Of a stretch of DNA of 64,000 bases, positions 1-12,793 are shown one piece after another. This DNA comes from Felis catus (lineage: Eukaryota). Made by a program: the position numbers and the translations under genes. Where the stretch lies: positions 129,644,001 through 129,708,000 of the forward strand of contig NC_058368.1 of NCBI RefSeq assembly GCF_018350175.1. Direction: 5' to 3'. The notes beneath the pieces are model-generated. The model worked only from the letters and a program-made list of their open reading frames with translations. It was not told the DNA's origin and searched no databases. The stretch's first letter is position 1. Each line of letters opens with the position of its first letter.

Positions 1-142
1 AGAGGGAGACACAGAATCGGAAACAGGCTCCAGGCTCTGAGCCATCAGCCCAGAGCCCGACGCGGGGCTCGAACCCATGGACTGCGAGATCGTGACCTGG
101 CTGAAGTCGGACGCTTAACCGACTGCGCTACCCAGGCGCCCC
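1..142 (-). mobile_element. Can-SINE (SINEC_Fc-type), 5' part; runs off window start
   Basis: Reverse complement of GGGGCGCCTGGGT..CAGTCGGTTAAGCGTCCGACTTCAGCCAGGTCACGATC head; many CpGs retained, suggesting a young copy. Confidence 0.95.
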
Positions 143-362
143 TTAAATTTATTTTTTAATGTTTGTTTATTTTTGAAAGAGACAGAGACAGAATGCAAGT
201 GGGTTAGGGGCAGAGAGAGAGGGAGACACAGAATCTGAAGCAGGCTTCAGGCTCCGAGCCGTCAGCCAGAGCCCGACGCAGGGCTCGAACTCACGAGCTG
301 TGAGATCATGACCTGAGCTGAAGTCGGTCGCCCAACCGACTGAGCCACCCACCCAGGCACCC
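143..362 (-). mobile_element. Can-SINE (SINEC_Fc-type)
   Basis: T-rich tail, (GA)n tract, GAGATCATGACCTGAGCTGAAGTC, ends CCAGGCACCCC. Confidence 0.95.
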
Positions 363-1673
363 CCCCCCCCATAATGTGATTTTTAAACAACTGAACCTGT
401 TGGTGTATGTTAACTAATTTGAATATAAATATAAATAATAAATAAATAATTCAGTAAAAAAGCAGAAGCTGTTATTTGACGGGGGCCGGGGGGACAGCGG
501 GGGAGAGTGATGCAGGGGCCGCGAGACGGCAGGGAATACCGGACTCATACCGATAGCATCACATCTGTGACAAAATGCTGGGGGAATGGTGAGGTGCATC
601 AAAAGCGTTACACGGTCTGACTAAAGCAGTAGGCACTGCTCACCAAGAATGCCTCACCCCAGTGCAACTGCCCCTTGATTTTCTTGCCGTATTCAGTGAG
701 GTGGTAAAAATGGGTCAGACGCCTGCAGCCTGCCGCATTGCGGGAGTGCCTTGACCAGCCCTCAGTGAGAGGATACAATTAGGGAGATTTTACCAACAGT
801 TGCATGAAAATGCCCTGAACCTCCTCTGGGGCAGTGTCGACACAGCTTATAAAACTCTGAAAAGTCTGCAGATATTTATATCCTGATATTTATGAGTTTG
901 GGTTATCGGAATATTAAGAGAAAAGAAAGTAAATGGACACCACAACTGCCGTGCTGTGCTAGATCTCCAGCGCTCATCTTGGTTCTCCCCAGTGGAGAGA
1001 CTCACTGGCAAAGAATCTCACTCATTAATCCCGGAGTTAGGTGGAAAACATGTTTATGTTTTCCCACAGCTTCTTACTTAAAATGTTATTCTTTATGTTA
1101 AAACAGACATAAATATAGAGTTTGAAAAGTCACATGAATTTTTAATACAGAATTTTCCCATTTTCTAAGAGGGTGTGGTGGGAATATGGCCCCAGACTTC
1201 CAGAGGTATCAATTTAATGTCCGCATTATTAGGGATACTTAATGGGAAAGGTTAAGAAGCACCGTTCTGATGGCTATTGATGGAGAAGGCTGGCAGGTAT
1301 AAATTGCTCAGCTTTCATGACTGATGGTGCCAGAAAAGGCACTTGCCAACAGGCAAAAGTCCTTGCAGTAGACATAGTTCTCGAGGTGTTATCACACAGC
1401 ATTTGAGAAAAGGCAGTCGTGTGTACAACTCATGTATCCAGGCAATGTATCTCAATTTTCCTCAGATAATAAATGGACTCTGTTAGAAAAGAGACACACT
1501 CTAGGATCCACATGATCTAAATATCCTAACAATCAAATATTCATTAGTTGACAGAATGTTTCATCCAAACATGTTTTAAATGATGGCAGTGTTAGCTTCA
1601 GCTCCAGATCACTTCATCGTTAGACTTACTTCATCTGTATTATTTCTCTTGACACGGTATCTTTTCTTGGCCA

Positions 1674-1711
1674 GAAAACACTGAGAAAACACTGAGAAAC
1701 ACTGAGAAAAA
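1674..1711. repeat. Short tandem repeat, 3 copies of A(n)CACTGAG
   Basis: AAAACACTGAG AAAAACACTGAG AAACACTGAG AAAAA read directly. Confidence 0.85.
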
Positions 1712-2914
1712 TCTTCCATCCTTCAGGCATGCCCACCCCCAGCCTTGACTTGCCCCCTCCACCTTCCGAATGCATTCTGCTAATGCTCTACAATCTTTTG
1801 CCTCCAAATAGCATTCCTCCCTACCCTTCCTTTGCTCATCCCTTACTGAATCAGTTATTTATGTGTAATCAACTCTCTATCTCAGTTGAAATTTAAAAAA
1901 AAATAATAAAGCAGGCAAAATTATTTTGAAATGAAATGAAAACTTCAGTAATTTGATTTGCAGGCAATGAAGAACAAAGTGTCACAACCCGAGTGCTTTT
2001 AAATAAGTCATAATTAATTACGCATGCATCTATGTTTGGATGCTCAATTTATGGCTAATTATGCAGAAAATGTAATTGCGTACTGAAGTATTCAGTCGTG
2101 CCTTCTCTCGCTCTCATTTACAGCAACCAGGTTTTTTGTTGTCGTTAATGGTATGTATCACCTGTTGAAATTGTTGAAATGTTGTCAAGACACAAATAAT
2201 CAGAAGCTCTCTCCTAAAATATAGTTGCTCCTGTTGAGAAAATTGCAGAAAGGTCGAAAATTGTTTCCTAACTTATCCTCCTGTTTTTCAAAAAAAAAAT
2301 TCTACACATTTCTATATTCTTTTGTCCTCTTCTGAAATATACTTGCTAAGAAATCACATTAGGCACAGCCTGCCAGCTTTGCTTCTCCTATGGATTTGCA
2401 GTATAGATTTTTTATATTCTTGGTAGAGTCATAAAGCTCGAAGGAATCATGAATGACCATCACATTTATGTCATTCTGGACAGGCTTCTTTTTAATGATG
2501 CTGAGGGGAATTTATAACCTTTTCTCTATCTTAAGATGCCTAATAAAGTGGGTATCAAGGAAGCAAAGGAAATAAAACCAAATTTAAAACTTCCTCTGAA
2601 TAAGTCATGGGAGTAATTGTATTTGTGGGTATTTTCTCACGAAAGGAAAAAAAGAGAGAGATAGCAAGCAGGCAAAAACTTCTAAAACCTCTTACAATAC
2701 TTAGCAGGATGACAACTACTTACTGTGTTTTTCAGAAACTCTTAAGAATGCTTTATTACATATAGTTTCCTCTTCCTGTGTAAGCCAAATAAATTCTAAG
2801 GCCCTTTGTGACCCAGTCTCTGAGAGGTATCACCTGTAAGAGATACTGTCCAGCCACCAAAAGTAAAAGCAATTCATATATTTTGCACAACCCAAAAGAG
2901 GCCACGGCAGATAT

Positions 2915-3285
2915 TAGCAGAGCTTACCTACCCATGATTCTCATCTTCCAGGATCATGGAAGACAGCTTTCAAGCCCCTTTGCAGTTGTGCAGGCCACGG
3001 GGCCAGTTTTAGGAGCTTGGCTGTGAGCCAAAGTCCCTACCTGGCTGAAGCTTGCAAAACTGGTTGTAAGGGCTCCATGCCCTCTTTCCCCTCTCTCCAT
3101 TCTTGTGACAGCAGAGCCATGAGATTAAAGCAGATGGGGCCACTGAGTCACAATATGGAAGACTCCTGCCCAGGAGAGTCCCTGGGACCTGTACCAGCCT
3201 TTGAGCAGGAAATGAACTTTTGTTGTGTTAAGCCAAGGAGATTTAGTAGTTTGTAAGTTGCAACTACACCCAGAACCTAGCCTAC
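2915..3285 (+). mobile_element. Ancient ERVL-MaLR LTR (MLT1-like)
   Basis: MLT1-type 3' end AACTTTTGTTGTGTTAAGCCA..GAGATTT..CCTAGCCTA; recalled consensus only. Confidence 0.6.
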
Positions 3286-3720
3286 CCCAACATGCAAGCA
3301 TTAAAGGGAATCCACATCATATCCACTCTGCAGCACTTCCTGAAACACTTTGCCCACTCCTCTCTCTCTCTCTCCCCCATCCTACCCTGGACTAGAGCTT
3401 CTTACTCTTTCAATCTCCTATCCAGCCCAACAGTCAGGCCCCTGGGTTGTTCTTCCTTCCCTTGTCCTCCCTGCTCTCCAGCCCCATCTGTCTCAATAGT
3501 CTCCTGATTCTGCCTCACAAAAGCCACAGAACTGGATTGACAAAAGTCAAACTCTATGTAGAAGGCTAATAAGGGAAATAAACTGAACCTTCAAGGAAAA
3601 AAAATCCTTCCGGAATGGGCAAAGGGGGACAGAAGTAGTAGAAATATTCACTTGTTAAAAAATGTCCCCATCATATTTCTTTTTGGTCCAAAACAAGTGT
3701 GTTAGGAATCACGCCTTAAT

Positions 3721-3933
3721 GGAGCACCTGAGGGGCTCAGTTGGTTAAGTGCCCAACTCTTGGTTTTGGCTCAGATCGTGATTTCAGGGTCATGGGATAG
3801 AGCCCTACATCAGGCTCTGCACTAAGCACAGAGTCTGCTTAAGATTCTCTCTCTCTCCCTGCTTCCCACCCCCACCCTGTATCTAGCTTATGCTCTCTCT
3901 CTCTCTCTCTCTCTCTCTAAAATAAAATAAAAA
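3721..3933 (+). mobile_element. Can-SINE (older subfamily)
   Basis: GGAGCACCTG..GCTCAGTTGGTTAAG head, (CT)n, A-rich tail. Confidence 0.9.
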
Positions 3934-4289
3934 GATTTAAACCTTAGTGATTTATTTACTCTTACCTGTCTAGACTATTTTAGTTAGTAACACATGTTTT
4001 ATATATGTTTTATTTTGAAGCACTAATGCTATCATTCTTTGACTTCCATTTTTTCAGAACCATCAGAGGCAATCACCACAATCACTGTTTATGTGAATAG
4101 GCCCCTCTAAAGTTTTACAGGATACAACCTGTATGACTGTATGGGTATCACATCCACAACACTGGTAACGTGATATTAAAAGAGCTGAAAAAGAAGCATA
4201 GCTCATATAATAAAATCTAACATTAAAAAACTAACCCAAAAAAACCATGCAAACTTTTCAGTAAGACTTTTATTCAAATTTTTAACAGT

Positions 4290-4570
4290 GTCATTAACAA
4301 AATCTACAAATACTAACACCTACTGTTGCAAACATTGTACTAGTAGCTGGGGAGGTTACAAAAAGATGTAAGATATGATCTTGACCCTCAAAAAGTTTGC
4401 CTCTGTATAGGGAGATAGGACACATTCACAAAAAAGATTACTATCAGTGGAGGATAACAGTTAAGAGTCAAAATAGATGGAATTCATAATAATCTGTGAT
4501 GATCGAGGTGTGCGAAAGTGATCAAGGAGGACCATGGAAATGGTGGGTGTTGAGCTAAACCCCAATAGAT
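4290..4570 (-). mobile_element. L2 LINE 3' fragment (degenerate)
   Basis: Resembles L2 3' end antisense (CACCTACTGT..CATTGTACTAG..GACCCTCAAAAAGTTT..TTGAGCT). Confidence 0.45.
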
Positions 4571-5636
4571 GTGGGCAAATCAGAAAAAAGGAAAAGAGAT
4601 GAGTCTTTAAATTTCAGGGTCTGAGCTGCAATGTTTGCTGACAGGACTATAAAAGGAGATCATTTGTCATTGTGTGGGACTAAACTCTTTCCAAGGCCAC
4701 CCAGAACAAACTGAAAGGGATGTCACTCTCATATTTCACACGAATGCTCGATTGTCACAACTTCACACCAGCCAGCTCACCTCAGAAAAAGCACTTACTT
4801 CTTCATCTGCCTAATCAAAATGATCTAATCACCAATCATGTTAAGTGAGGGTGTGGAAAGCGCATTATGCAGATATGGTCCCTGTCCTCTAGGGGATTAC
4901 AATCTAAAACCTGCATTCCTGGCTCCAACAAACACAGAGACATAATTAACACAGATAAGGATGAGGAATGTATCTCCTGCAAGCCTCACTGCCATCAGAC
5001 AGAACAATTTGTAGTCATCACTGATCTGAACTGAATTCAAATTAGTGACCCAAAGGCTCCACTGTCTGGGTGTTATTTTCAATCTCCTTAGCTATCCAAT
5101 CTCCAGAAGTTTCATTTTTCATTCTTACTGTGCAGTCATCATCAAGTACCAAAGGGAAAGACCGCAATCCAGACACACTAAAAATAGCATTCTTGCCTTC
5201 TGAAAGCCAGGCTCAGATTTATGACAGTTTTAAAATTTGGTTCTTCGTCTTGAAAGTCCAGCATTCTACAAGAACTGTGCAAGGTAATACCTACCTGGTC
5301 TTTAGAGCATGAAACACCCTAACTTGATGCTCTGGGAGATGGGGCCTTTATATAATCCATTTACATTAGGGAGAGATAGCATTTTCTTTTGCTTGGCAGG
5401 TTGACATGCCTTCATGTGTTTTCCACTTAATCAGCAGAATCATTAAAGCACTGAAGGTTTTGATGGTCTCAATGAAAAACATCTATTTCTGTAAAATCTA
5501 TCACTATAAATAATTTAACAAACATGCCCCCCAAAAGACTATAAAAAAGGAGGAAGAGTTATTCCTTTGTACTTAAATCACAGAATATTCTGAAGTTGAG
5601 CCAAACTGAGTCCAGATTTAAAATGAGGGCAGGCTG

Positions 5637-5842
5637 GGGATTCCTGGGTGACTTAGTCGGTTAAGTGTCCGACTTCGGCTCAGGTCATGATCTCACGGTC
5701 CATGGGTTTGAGCCCCTCATCAGGCTATGTGCTGACAGCTCAAAGCCTGAAGCCTGCTTTGGATTCTTTGTCTCCCTCTCTCTCTGCCCCTCCCCCACTC
5801 GTGCTCTTTCTTTCAAAAATAAACACTAAAAAAATAAATGAA
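5637..5842 (+). mobile_element. Can-SINE (SINEC_Fc-type)
   Basis: Full head/body/tail; 18-bp TSD TAAAATGAGGGCAGGCTG at 5619-5636 and 5843-5860. Confidence 0.95.
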
Positions 5843-6034
5843 TAAAATGAGGGCAGGCTGATGTCTAACAACAAATGATAAAGTTAAAATGAAAAGCAGA
5901 TTACAGAAAATTATAATCCAATTTCTGTTTTAAATATATGTTATATATTTAAATATGAATAATAGATATTTAAATTTACACTTCCATAAAAATGGTCTAG
6001 GAGAATTGTATCACTATAAATGGTTAACATTATT

Positions 6035-6253
6035 TTTTTTTTAATTTTTTTTAACGTTTATTTATTTTTGAGACAGAGGGAGACGGAGCATGAACAGGAG
6101 AGGGTCAGACAGAGGGAGACACAGAATCTGAAACAGGCTCCAGGCTCTGAGCTGTCAGCACAGAGCCCGATGCGGGGCTCGAACTCACAGACCGTGAAAT
6201 CATGACCTGAGCTGAAGTCGGCTGCTTAACCGACTGAGCCACCCAGGCGCCCC
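6035..6253 (-). mobile_element. Can-SINE (SINEC_Fc-type)
   Basis: 16-bp TSD AATGGTTAACATTATT at 6019-6034 and 6254-6269. Confidence 0.95.
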
Positions 6254-8419
6254 AATGGTTAACATTATTAATCAAGGGATCCCTTGTGGCAGGGAGAGCT
6301 TATACAGCCTCTGTGACTTTTTTATAATAATCTCATTCTATCAGGAAAAAAATGGGATTTCCATTTTAAAATGTATACACACACATTTAGACTGTATTTA
6401 CATACATAAATTGATATTGGTGCAAATAGACCTGAATATTATATCTCTTTTTGACTACCTGGATATCAGTGCTCATTTGTCAAGCATGAGGTGGTGTTAG
6501 CCTGGGAATCTATGCTGAGAAGCTAATCTCAGTCAGCAAGAGAGTAGTAATGACTGAGGCTGGGGCTACAAGAGAACTGACTAGGTTATAGGATGAGTCC
6601 CCAGAAGAAGGGCCAGTGGTCCACATTGTGATGTCCCAGGTAGAACTGATACCCATGGAAGTGAGTTGTGGATTGGAATCTGGAAAGTAGGCACCTCAGG
6701 TCAGCAGTGCACCCTGGTTTCTAGGTGTAGAGCAGCATCTTGCTTTGGGAATAAGCAGGAAAGTTGTTCATCTGGTTGAAGGAGGAACTCAGGCAGGAAG
6801 AGAGAGCAGGCAAGACTTTAAGTGCAGCCCTGTACAGAATGCTGAATTTAGGGTAGGGCTCTGATTTCAACAATCAGGGTAGCCACATGGAAAGAGAGCA
6901 GAATCCTAGCCAGGCCTAGGACAGACGGTGGAGGTAAGCAAATAGGCCGCAGCACACCCCACGCCCAGGTCCACAGATCATTTCAGATTCCACATGCTGA
7001 TACTGGTGGAGAGAAGGTGCCTACCTTAGTCACAAGCTTCATTCTCCTTGGTTCAGGTACTGAGCCACAGATTCACAGGGATGTGAACCTAGATTATGGC
7101 AACACGAGGCAGGCAAGAATGATACCAGCAGCTTAGATTTGGTCTTTCTTACCAAAATTAAGAGAATTTTTCCTCTAATTTTCACCAGTTAGATATAAAC
7201 AAGATGATGTCTAGTCCCAAAGTAGGTTTTTTGAAAATGTATAAAACCTTTTATTATGAAGGCCAGGACTACCTGCTCGACAGATGTGAGCCTTTGAGAT
7301 CTTGGGTTAAATTACAGGTAGATAAAGAGAAGTCCATTTCACAGAATTTTTCGCAGATTTTATTGATGGCAAAGGAGCTAGCCCATGGTCTTTCTAGTCA
7401 ACTTCACAAATGACATTCAGAATAAAGATTCTATATGAAAGAGGAGGAAAAAGTCTTTTCTCACCTAATGGCTACCATCTTTGCCTTTTGTTTGCACCTG
7501 TTTGCTCAGGAAGACCAATCCCTTTATACCTTCTCCTTAAAAGCTCTCAGCATCTTGAGACATTAAGCTAAATGTGTTATAGTCCCTGCTCTTTCCAGAA
7601 TGAAGAGATCAAATTAATATAGATCCCATATATAAAACAGGAGAAAAGTAAATGTAGAATACTCAAATACTATAAACCCTTCAGAGAATCATTATGTTCT
7701 CTATTTCCCAGGTAGGGAAATTCTGGATGACAAAGAAAGGGCTAAAGCAGCCCAGTAGGGTCACTTATTCCTCTCCAGACCACTGCTACTATGGAGAGAG
7801 ATTCAAAATGGCCCCAGATTCCAACTGGAATGATCCTCAACACAGACTTGTCTTATAATCCAAAGACTCTTAGAGTCTAAATATTAAATTTGTTTTAGTG
7901 GGGCCATGATTTTCAAACAGTGCTTCAAATGATGTTTCTTCCACTTTACAATTCTCAGGGGGAAAATCCCTAAGTCAATAGACAGACTTTTCTCAGTTTT
8001 AAGATTTTTCTATCATAAATGGTTCTTAGTTTTTTGTTATCAGTGGAGGCTAAACCCATAGCAGACCAGTCTAGGGAAGCTGGAGCCCCTAAGGAGGCAG
8101 AGTCCCTGCTAGTCCCTGATAGGGATATCACCTAAGGTCAGGAGGGGATGAGTGGGAGGGCTGGGGCTAGGGAGAATGGAGGAGAAATACCCTGCCTTCC
8201 CCTTCTCTCTCTGTCTACAATCTCCTGCCTTGACTTCCTGTTGGCCAAACCCAACAGAAACCAGTTGTCACAGGAATCTGAGAAACTATAGCCTGCAGGG
8301 ATTTACCTGCTGAATAACGAAACTGAGCAGGGAAAAGCAATAAATGACTCTAAAGGCTAAGAGGGCAACATATGGCATCTGATTTAGGAAGAATTCACAG
8401 ATTAGTTATAATATGTTTA

Positions 8420-10660
8420 AAATATTACCATATTCAGTGGTGAAAAACTGAGAGCTTTTCTCCTAGGATCAGGAACAAGACAAGGATATCCACTCTTACC
8501 ACTTCTATTCAACATAATACTGGAAGTCCTAGCCACAGCAATCAGAAAAGAAAAAGAAATAAAAGGCATCCAAATTGGTAAGAAAGAAATCAAATTTTCA
8601 TTATTTGCAGATGGCATGATACTATATGTAGAAAACCCTAAAGACTCCACTAAAGAAAAAAAAAAAACTATTACAACTCATAAATGAATTCACTAAGGTC
8701 ACAGAATACGAAATCAATAGACATAAATTTGTTGCATTTCTTTACACTAATAATGAAGTAGCAGAAAGAGAAATAATTAAGAAAACAGTTCCATTTACAA
8801 TTGTACCAAAAATAATAAAATATCTAGGAATAAACTTAACCAAGGAGGTGAAAGACCTGTACTCTGAAAACTATAAAACACTGGTAAAAGAAACAGAAGG
8901 GGACACAAACAAATGAAAAGATATTTCATACTCATGGATTGAGAGAACAAATATTGTTAAAATGTCCCTACTATCCAAGGCAGTCTACAGATTATATGCA
9001 ATACCTATCAAAATACCAACAGCATTTTTCATAGAACTAGAACAATCCTAAAATTTGTATGGAACCACAACAAATCCTGAATAGGTAAAGCAATCTTGGA
9101 AAAGAAAAACAAACCTTTAGGTATCACAAACCCAGATTTCAAGATACACGTCAAAGCAGTAGCAATCAAATAGTATGATACTTGACACAAAAATAAACGT
9201 GTAGATCAATGGAACAGAATAGAAAATCCAGAAGCAAACCCACAATTGTATGGCTAATTAATCTTTGACAAAGGAGGCAAAAATATGCAATGGGAAAAAG
9301 ACAGTCTCTTCAATAAATGGTGTTGGGAAAACTGAACAGCTACATGCATATAAATGAAGCTAGACCACTTTCTTACACCATACACAAAAATAAACTCAAA
9401 ATGGATTTAAGACCTAAATGTGAGGGGTGCCTGGGTGGTTAAGCATATGACTCTTGGTTTCGGCTCAGGTCATGACCTCATGGTTTGTGAGTTCAAGCCC
9501 TTCTTGAGATTCTCTCTCTCTCCCTCTCTCTGCACCTCCCCTCAAAAAAAGACCTAAATGTGAGACCTGAAATCATTAAAATCATAAAAGAGAGCACAGG
9601 CAGTAATGTCTCTGACACTGCCCATAGCAACATTTTTCTAAATATATCTCCTGAGGCAAGGGAAACAAAAGCAAAAGTAAATTATTGGGACTACCTTAAA
9701 AAAAAAAAAAGCTTCCGCACAGCAAAGAAACAATCAACAATGCTAAAGGTCAAACTACTGAAAGGGAGAAGATATTTACAAATGACATATCCAAAATATG
9801 TACAGAACTTATACAACTCAGCACCCAAAAAAGTAAATAAATAAAATTTAAAAATAATCCGATTAAAATAGGCAGAATACACAAACAGACATTTCTTCAA
9901 GGACATACAGATGGCCAAGAAACATATGAAAAGATACTCAGTATCAGCCATTATCAGAGAAATGCAAATCTATGAGATACCACCTCACACCTGTCAGAAT
10001 GATTAAAATCAGAAATACAAGAAACAACACATGCTGGTGAGGATGTGGGGAAAAAGGAATCCCTGTGCATTGTTGGTGGGAATGCAAAGTAGTACAGCCA
10101 CTGTGGAAAATAGTATGGAGTTTCCTTAAAAATTTCAAAATAGAATTGCCATATAATGCAGCAATTGCACTACTGGGTATCTACCCAAAGAATACAAAAA
10201 CACTCATTCAAAAAGGTATATGCATCCCTATGTTCATTGCAACATTATTTACAATAGCCAAGATGTGGAAGTACATCCATAAATGAATGGATGATGTGGT
10301 ATATGTGTATATTCAATGGAATGTTCTCAGCCATAAAAAAGGATGAAATCTTGCCATTTGCAACAACATGGATGGATCTAGAGATTATAATGCTAAGTGA
10401 AATAAGTCAGAGAAAGACAAATACCATACGATTTCACTCATGTGTGAAATTTAAGAAACAAAACAACAACAACAAAAAAATAGACAAACCAAAAAATAGA
10501 CTTTTTGCTAGGAAACAGACCCATGGGGAGGTGACCAGAGGGATGGGATGAAATAGGTGAAAGGGGTTAAAAGTACACTTACCGTGATGAGCACTGAGTT
10601 GTACAACTGAAACCAACATAATACTGTATGTTAATTGTGCTAGAATTAAAACAAAAAATA
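8420..10660 (+). mobile_element. 5'-truncated L1 LINE (decayed ORF2 3' part plus 3' UTR)
   Basis: ORF2 motifs [17 protein letters not shown] and LFADGMILY (RT FADD-like, ~8600-8627), C-terminal HCWWECK; frameshifts and stops; A-rich tail. Confidence 0.95.
9424..9548 (+). mobile_element. Internally deleted Can-SINE inserted in L1
   Basis: TSD AAGACCTAAATGTGA at 9409-9423 and 9549-9563. Confidence 0.9.
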
Positions 10661-10772
10661 CATATATTTGTTTCATTTATGGCTAGTGCCCGCCCTGCTT
10701 CCATAACATCCAGGATATGTTTAAGCAGGACTATTGGATTTACTTAGCAACCCAAGACACGGAGTGCTATTT

Positions 10773-10985
10773 AACAGTGGTTTCATACGTGCTCTGTAGA
10801 CCAGAAGTTCCATGGAGCTCTCCCGCAGCTGTCATACTGCTAGGGTGGACTGAGCACACCAGCTCCAACCTCTATCTGTACTGAAGCCAAAGCACTGTTG
10901 TTTTTTATCTATTTTACACACTAGGTCTCTGTAAGATTTTGCTTAAATAAAATGTCTCTCTACTTAAACAACTAGAAATTCACTG
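10773..10985. mobile_element. Possible ancient hAT (MER5/Charlie-like) non-autonomous DNA element
   Basis: Begins CAGTGGTTTC, ends GAAATTCACTG (imperfect terminal inverted repeat). Confidence 0.35.
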
Positions 10986-11523
10986 GCATATCAAGTTGCT
11001 GCTAGGAAGTATCTCAGTGATCACACTTCATTTTTTTCCCTTTAGCTTGTTATGATATTGATGTCTTACTTCCCTACGTTTTATACTCTACCATATTTAT
11101 AGACTATATATAAATACAGGCCACCCCCAGCTTAGAGTGTGCATACGTATGTAGTTATGAGCCAACTGTTTGGAATTTCAAATGTTTTTCCCAAAAGAAT
11201 ATCATCCAGGTACTTAGAACCTCAAACCAACCACATAATAGCACTTAACCATAATGTACCTGAAATAGGATTTGATGCTAACAATAAATAAGTTAGAATA
11301 TGGGCGATATTTATAAACAAAATTCCAAAGGAAAATGTTTCCTATCTGAAATGCAGGAAATCATCTTATCCTCCTGCAGTAGGATCTCGAGGCTTCTCTT
11401 TTCACATTCTCTGCATTTTTCAAAGTAGTAGAGTTTGAAACTATCAAATGCTGACAAAGATGAAGCAAAATGCTCTTGTAGATTACTTGGAGGAATAAGT
11501 AGAAACAAATATAACTATCTTTG

Positions 11524-11719
11524 TTATATTATTATATTATTATATATATTATATTATTATATTATATTATATATTATATAATATATATATTATATATATA
11601 TTTATATATATAATGTATATATATTTATATATATTATATATATAATTATATATATTATATTATATATTATATTATATTATATATATTATTATATATATTA
11701 ATATATTATATTATATATT
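11524..11719. repeat. AT-only low-complexity (TA/TAT) tract
   Basis: ~195 bp of A/T with a single G at 11615. Confidence 0.95.
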
Positions 11720-11881
11720 GTTAGAGAAGCAGATGCCAAGACTGGATTAAATAAGAAAGAATTTTATTAGAGGAAATGTCCTGAGAAAAAAACGGAGAGC
11801 CGAGGAAGGCTGAGAGCGCCTTCAGACGTCAGATGCTTCCTGACGTCATTGAAGGGAGGAAGAGCTGGAGTGCCCATCCTA

Positions 11882-11918
<37 letters not shown>

Positions 11919-11956
11919 CTAATCCCATTGACTGTTTCTCTGGAGAACCCTAATAC
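11720..11956. mobile_element. Ancient ERVL-type LTR fragments with a (TG)n at 11885-11917
   Basis: GAAGCAGATGCCAAGACTGGATT start; MLT2-like end GTTTCTCTGGAGAACCCTAATAC. Confidence 0.5.
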
Positions 11957-12304
11957 CAGACCCATCAGTGACATCACAGATATAGAAGGGGATCAGAGAA
12001 AGGGATTAAAGAGTTTGATAAAAAGATTTCTTTGAAGATAGAACTCATCTTGCTGTGAGTCTCAGCTCCCCCTTCAGGAATGAAATGAGAAGTATAACCT
12101 TCTACTTCAAGGAGAGAGAAAGGCTTCAAGGGAAACTCCCATAGAGCTTTGAAATGTGTTCTCTGAATTGGGTGACACCGACAACTGGTGACAGAATCTG
12201 GTAAAGCTAATGTGGACCATGGAGTCACCTTGGACACCTGGTCGGCTTCCACCTACAGAGCAGAAGGGCTGACTGACTGACCCACTCGTTTCGTGGGGGT
12301 TCCG

Positions 12305-12767
12305 GGAAAGGCTTTTTGGCAATGGGAAGACACCTCACTAAAACGAAGTCAAAAGATTCAGCAAGGGGAGCTGTCACTTTACCACTTGTCCTCAATTGAA
12401 GACTCAAAAGGAAAAGATGGAACTTCAATGTGGATACTACTTTACTACCCCACAGAAAGAAGGGAGGCTTACTTCCTCCTTGCCCCACCTTTCCCCTGCA
12501 ACAACCCCAGCCATAGCACATTGTCACAACTCAGCCAATGAGAAACCACTATACTTCCAACTCCTAGTTTACTGCAATGGGCTTGTTGTTTATAACAGCC
12601 TTCCTAACTTCCATTTTTGATCTACAAAAGAGCTGACCTCTCCTACGTTCTCTGGACTTGGGTATGGTTTTGCTGTAGCTTGTTTTGGATTGAAATTCTC
12701 TGCGCTTCCTGAATAAGCTCATCTTTTGCTGGGAAAATAACTAGAAGTTTTATTTTTCTGGTTAACT
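12305..12767 (+). mobile_element. ERV 5' LTR
   Basis: Aligns by eye with 19549-20008 (e.g. TGTCACAACTCA-CCAATGAGA, ATACTTCCAACTCC-AGTTTACT, GTTTATAACAG, CATCTTTTGCTGG); 5' edge uncertain. Confidence 0.88.
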
Positions 12768-12772
12768 TTACT

Positions 12773-12793
12773 TGATGATCAGAGATGGCATCC
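12773..12793 (+). other. Degenerate primer-binding site, possibly tRNA-Leu
   Basis: TGATGATCAGAGATGGCATCC just after the LTR resembles TGGTGTCAGAAGTGGGATTC. Confidence 0.4.

Noticed and set aside
8417..10676. Functional L1 ORF2
   Set aside because: 5'-truncated, interrupted by a SINE, with multiple stops and frameshifts.
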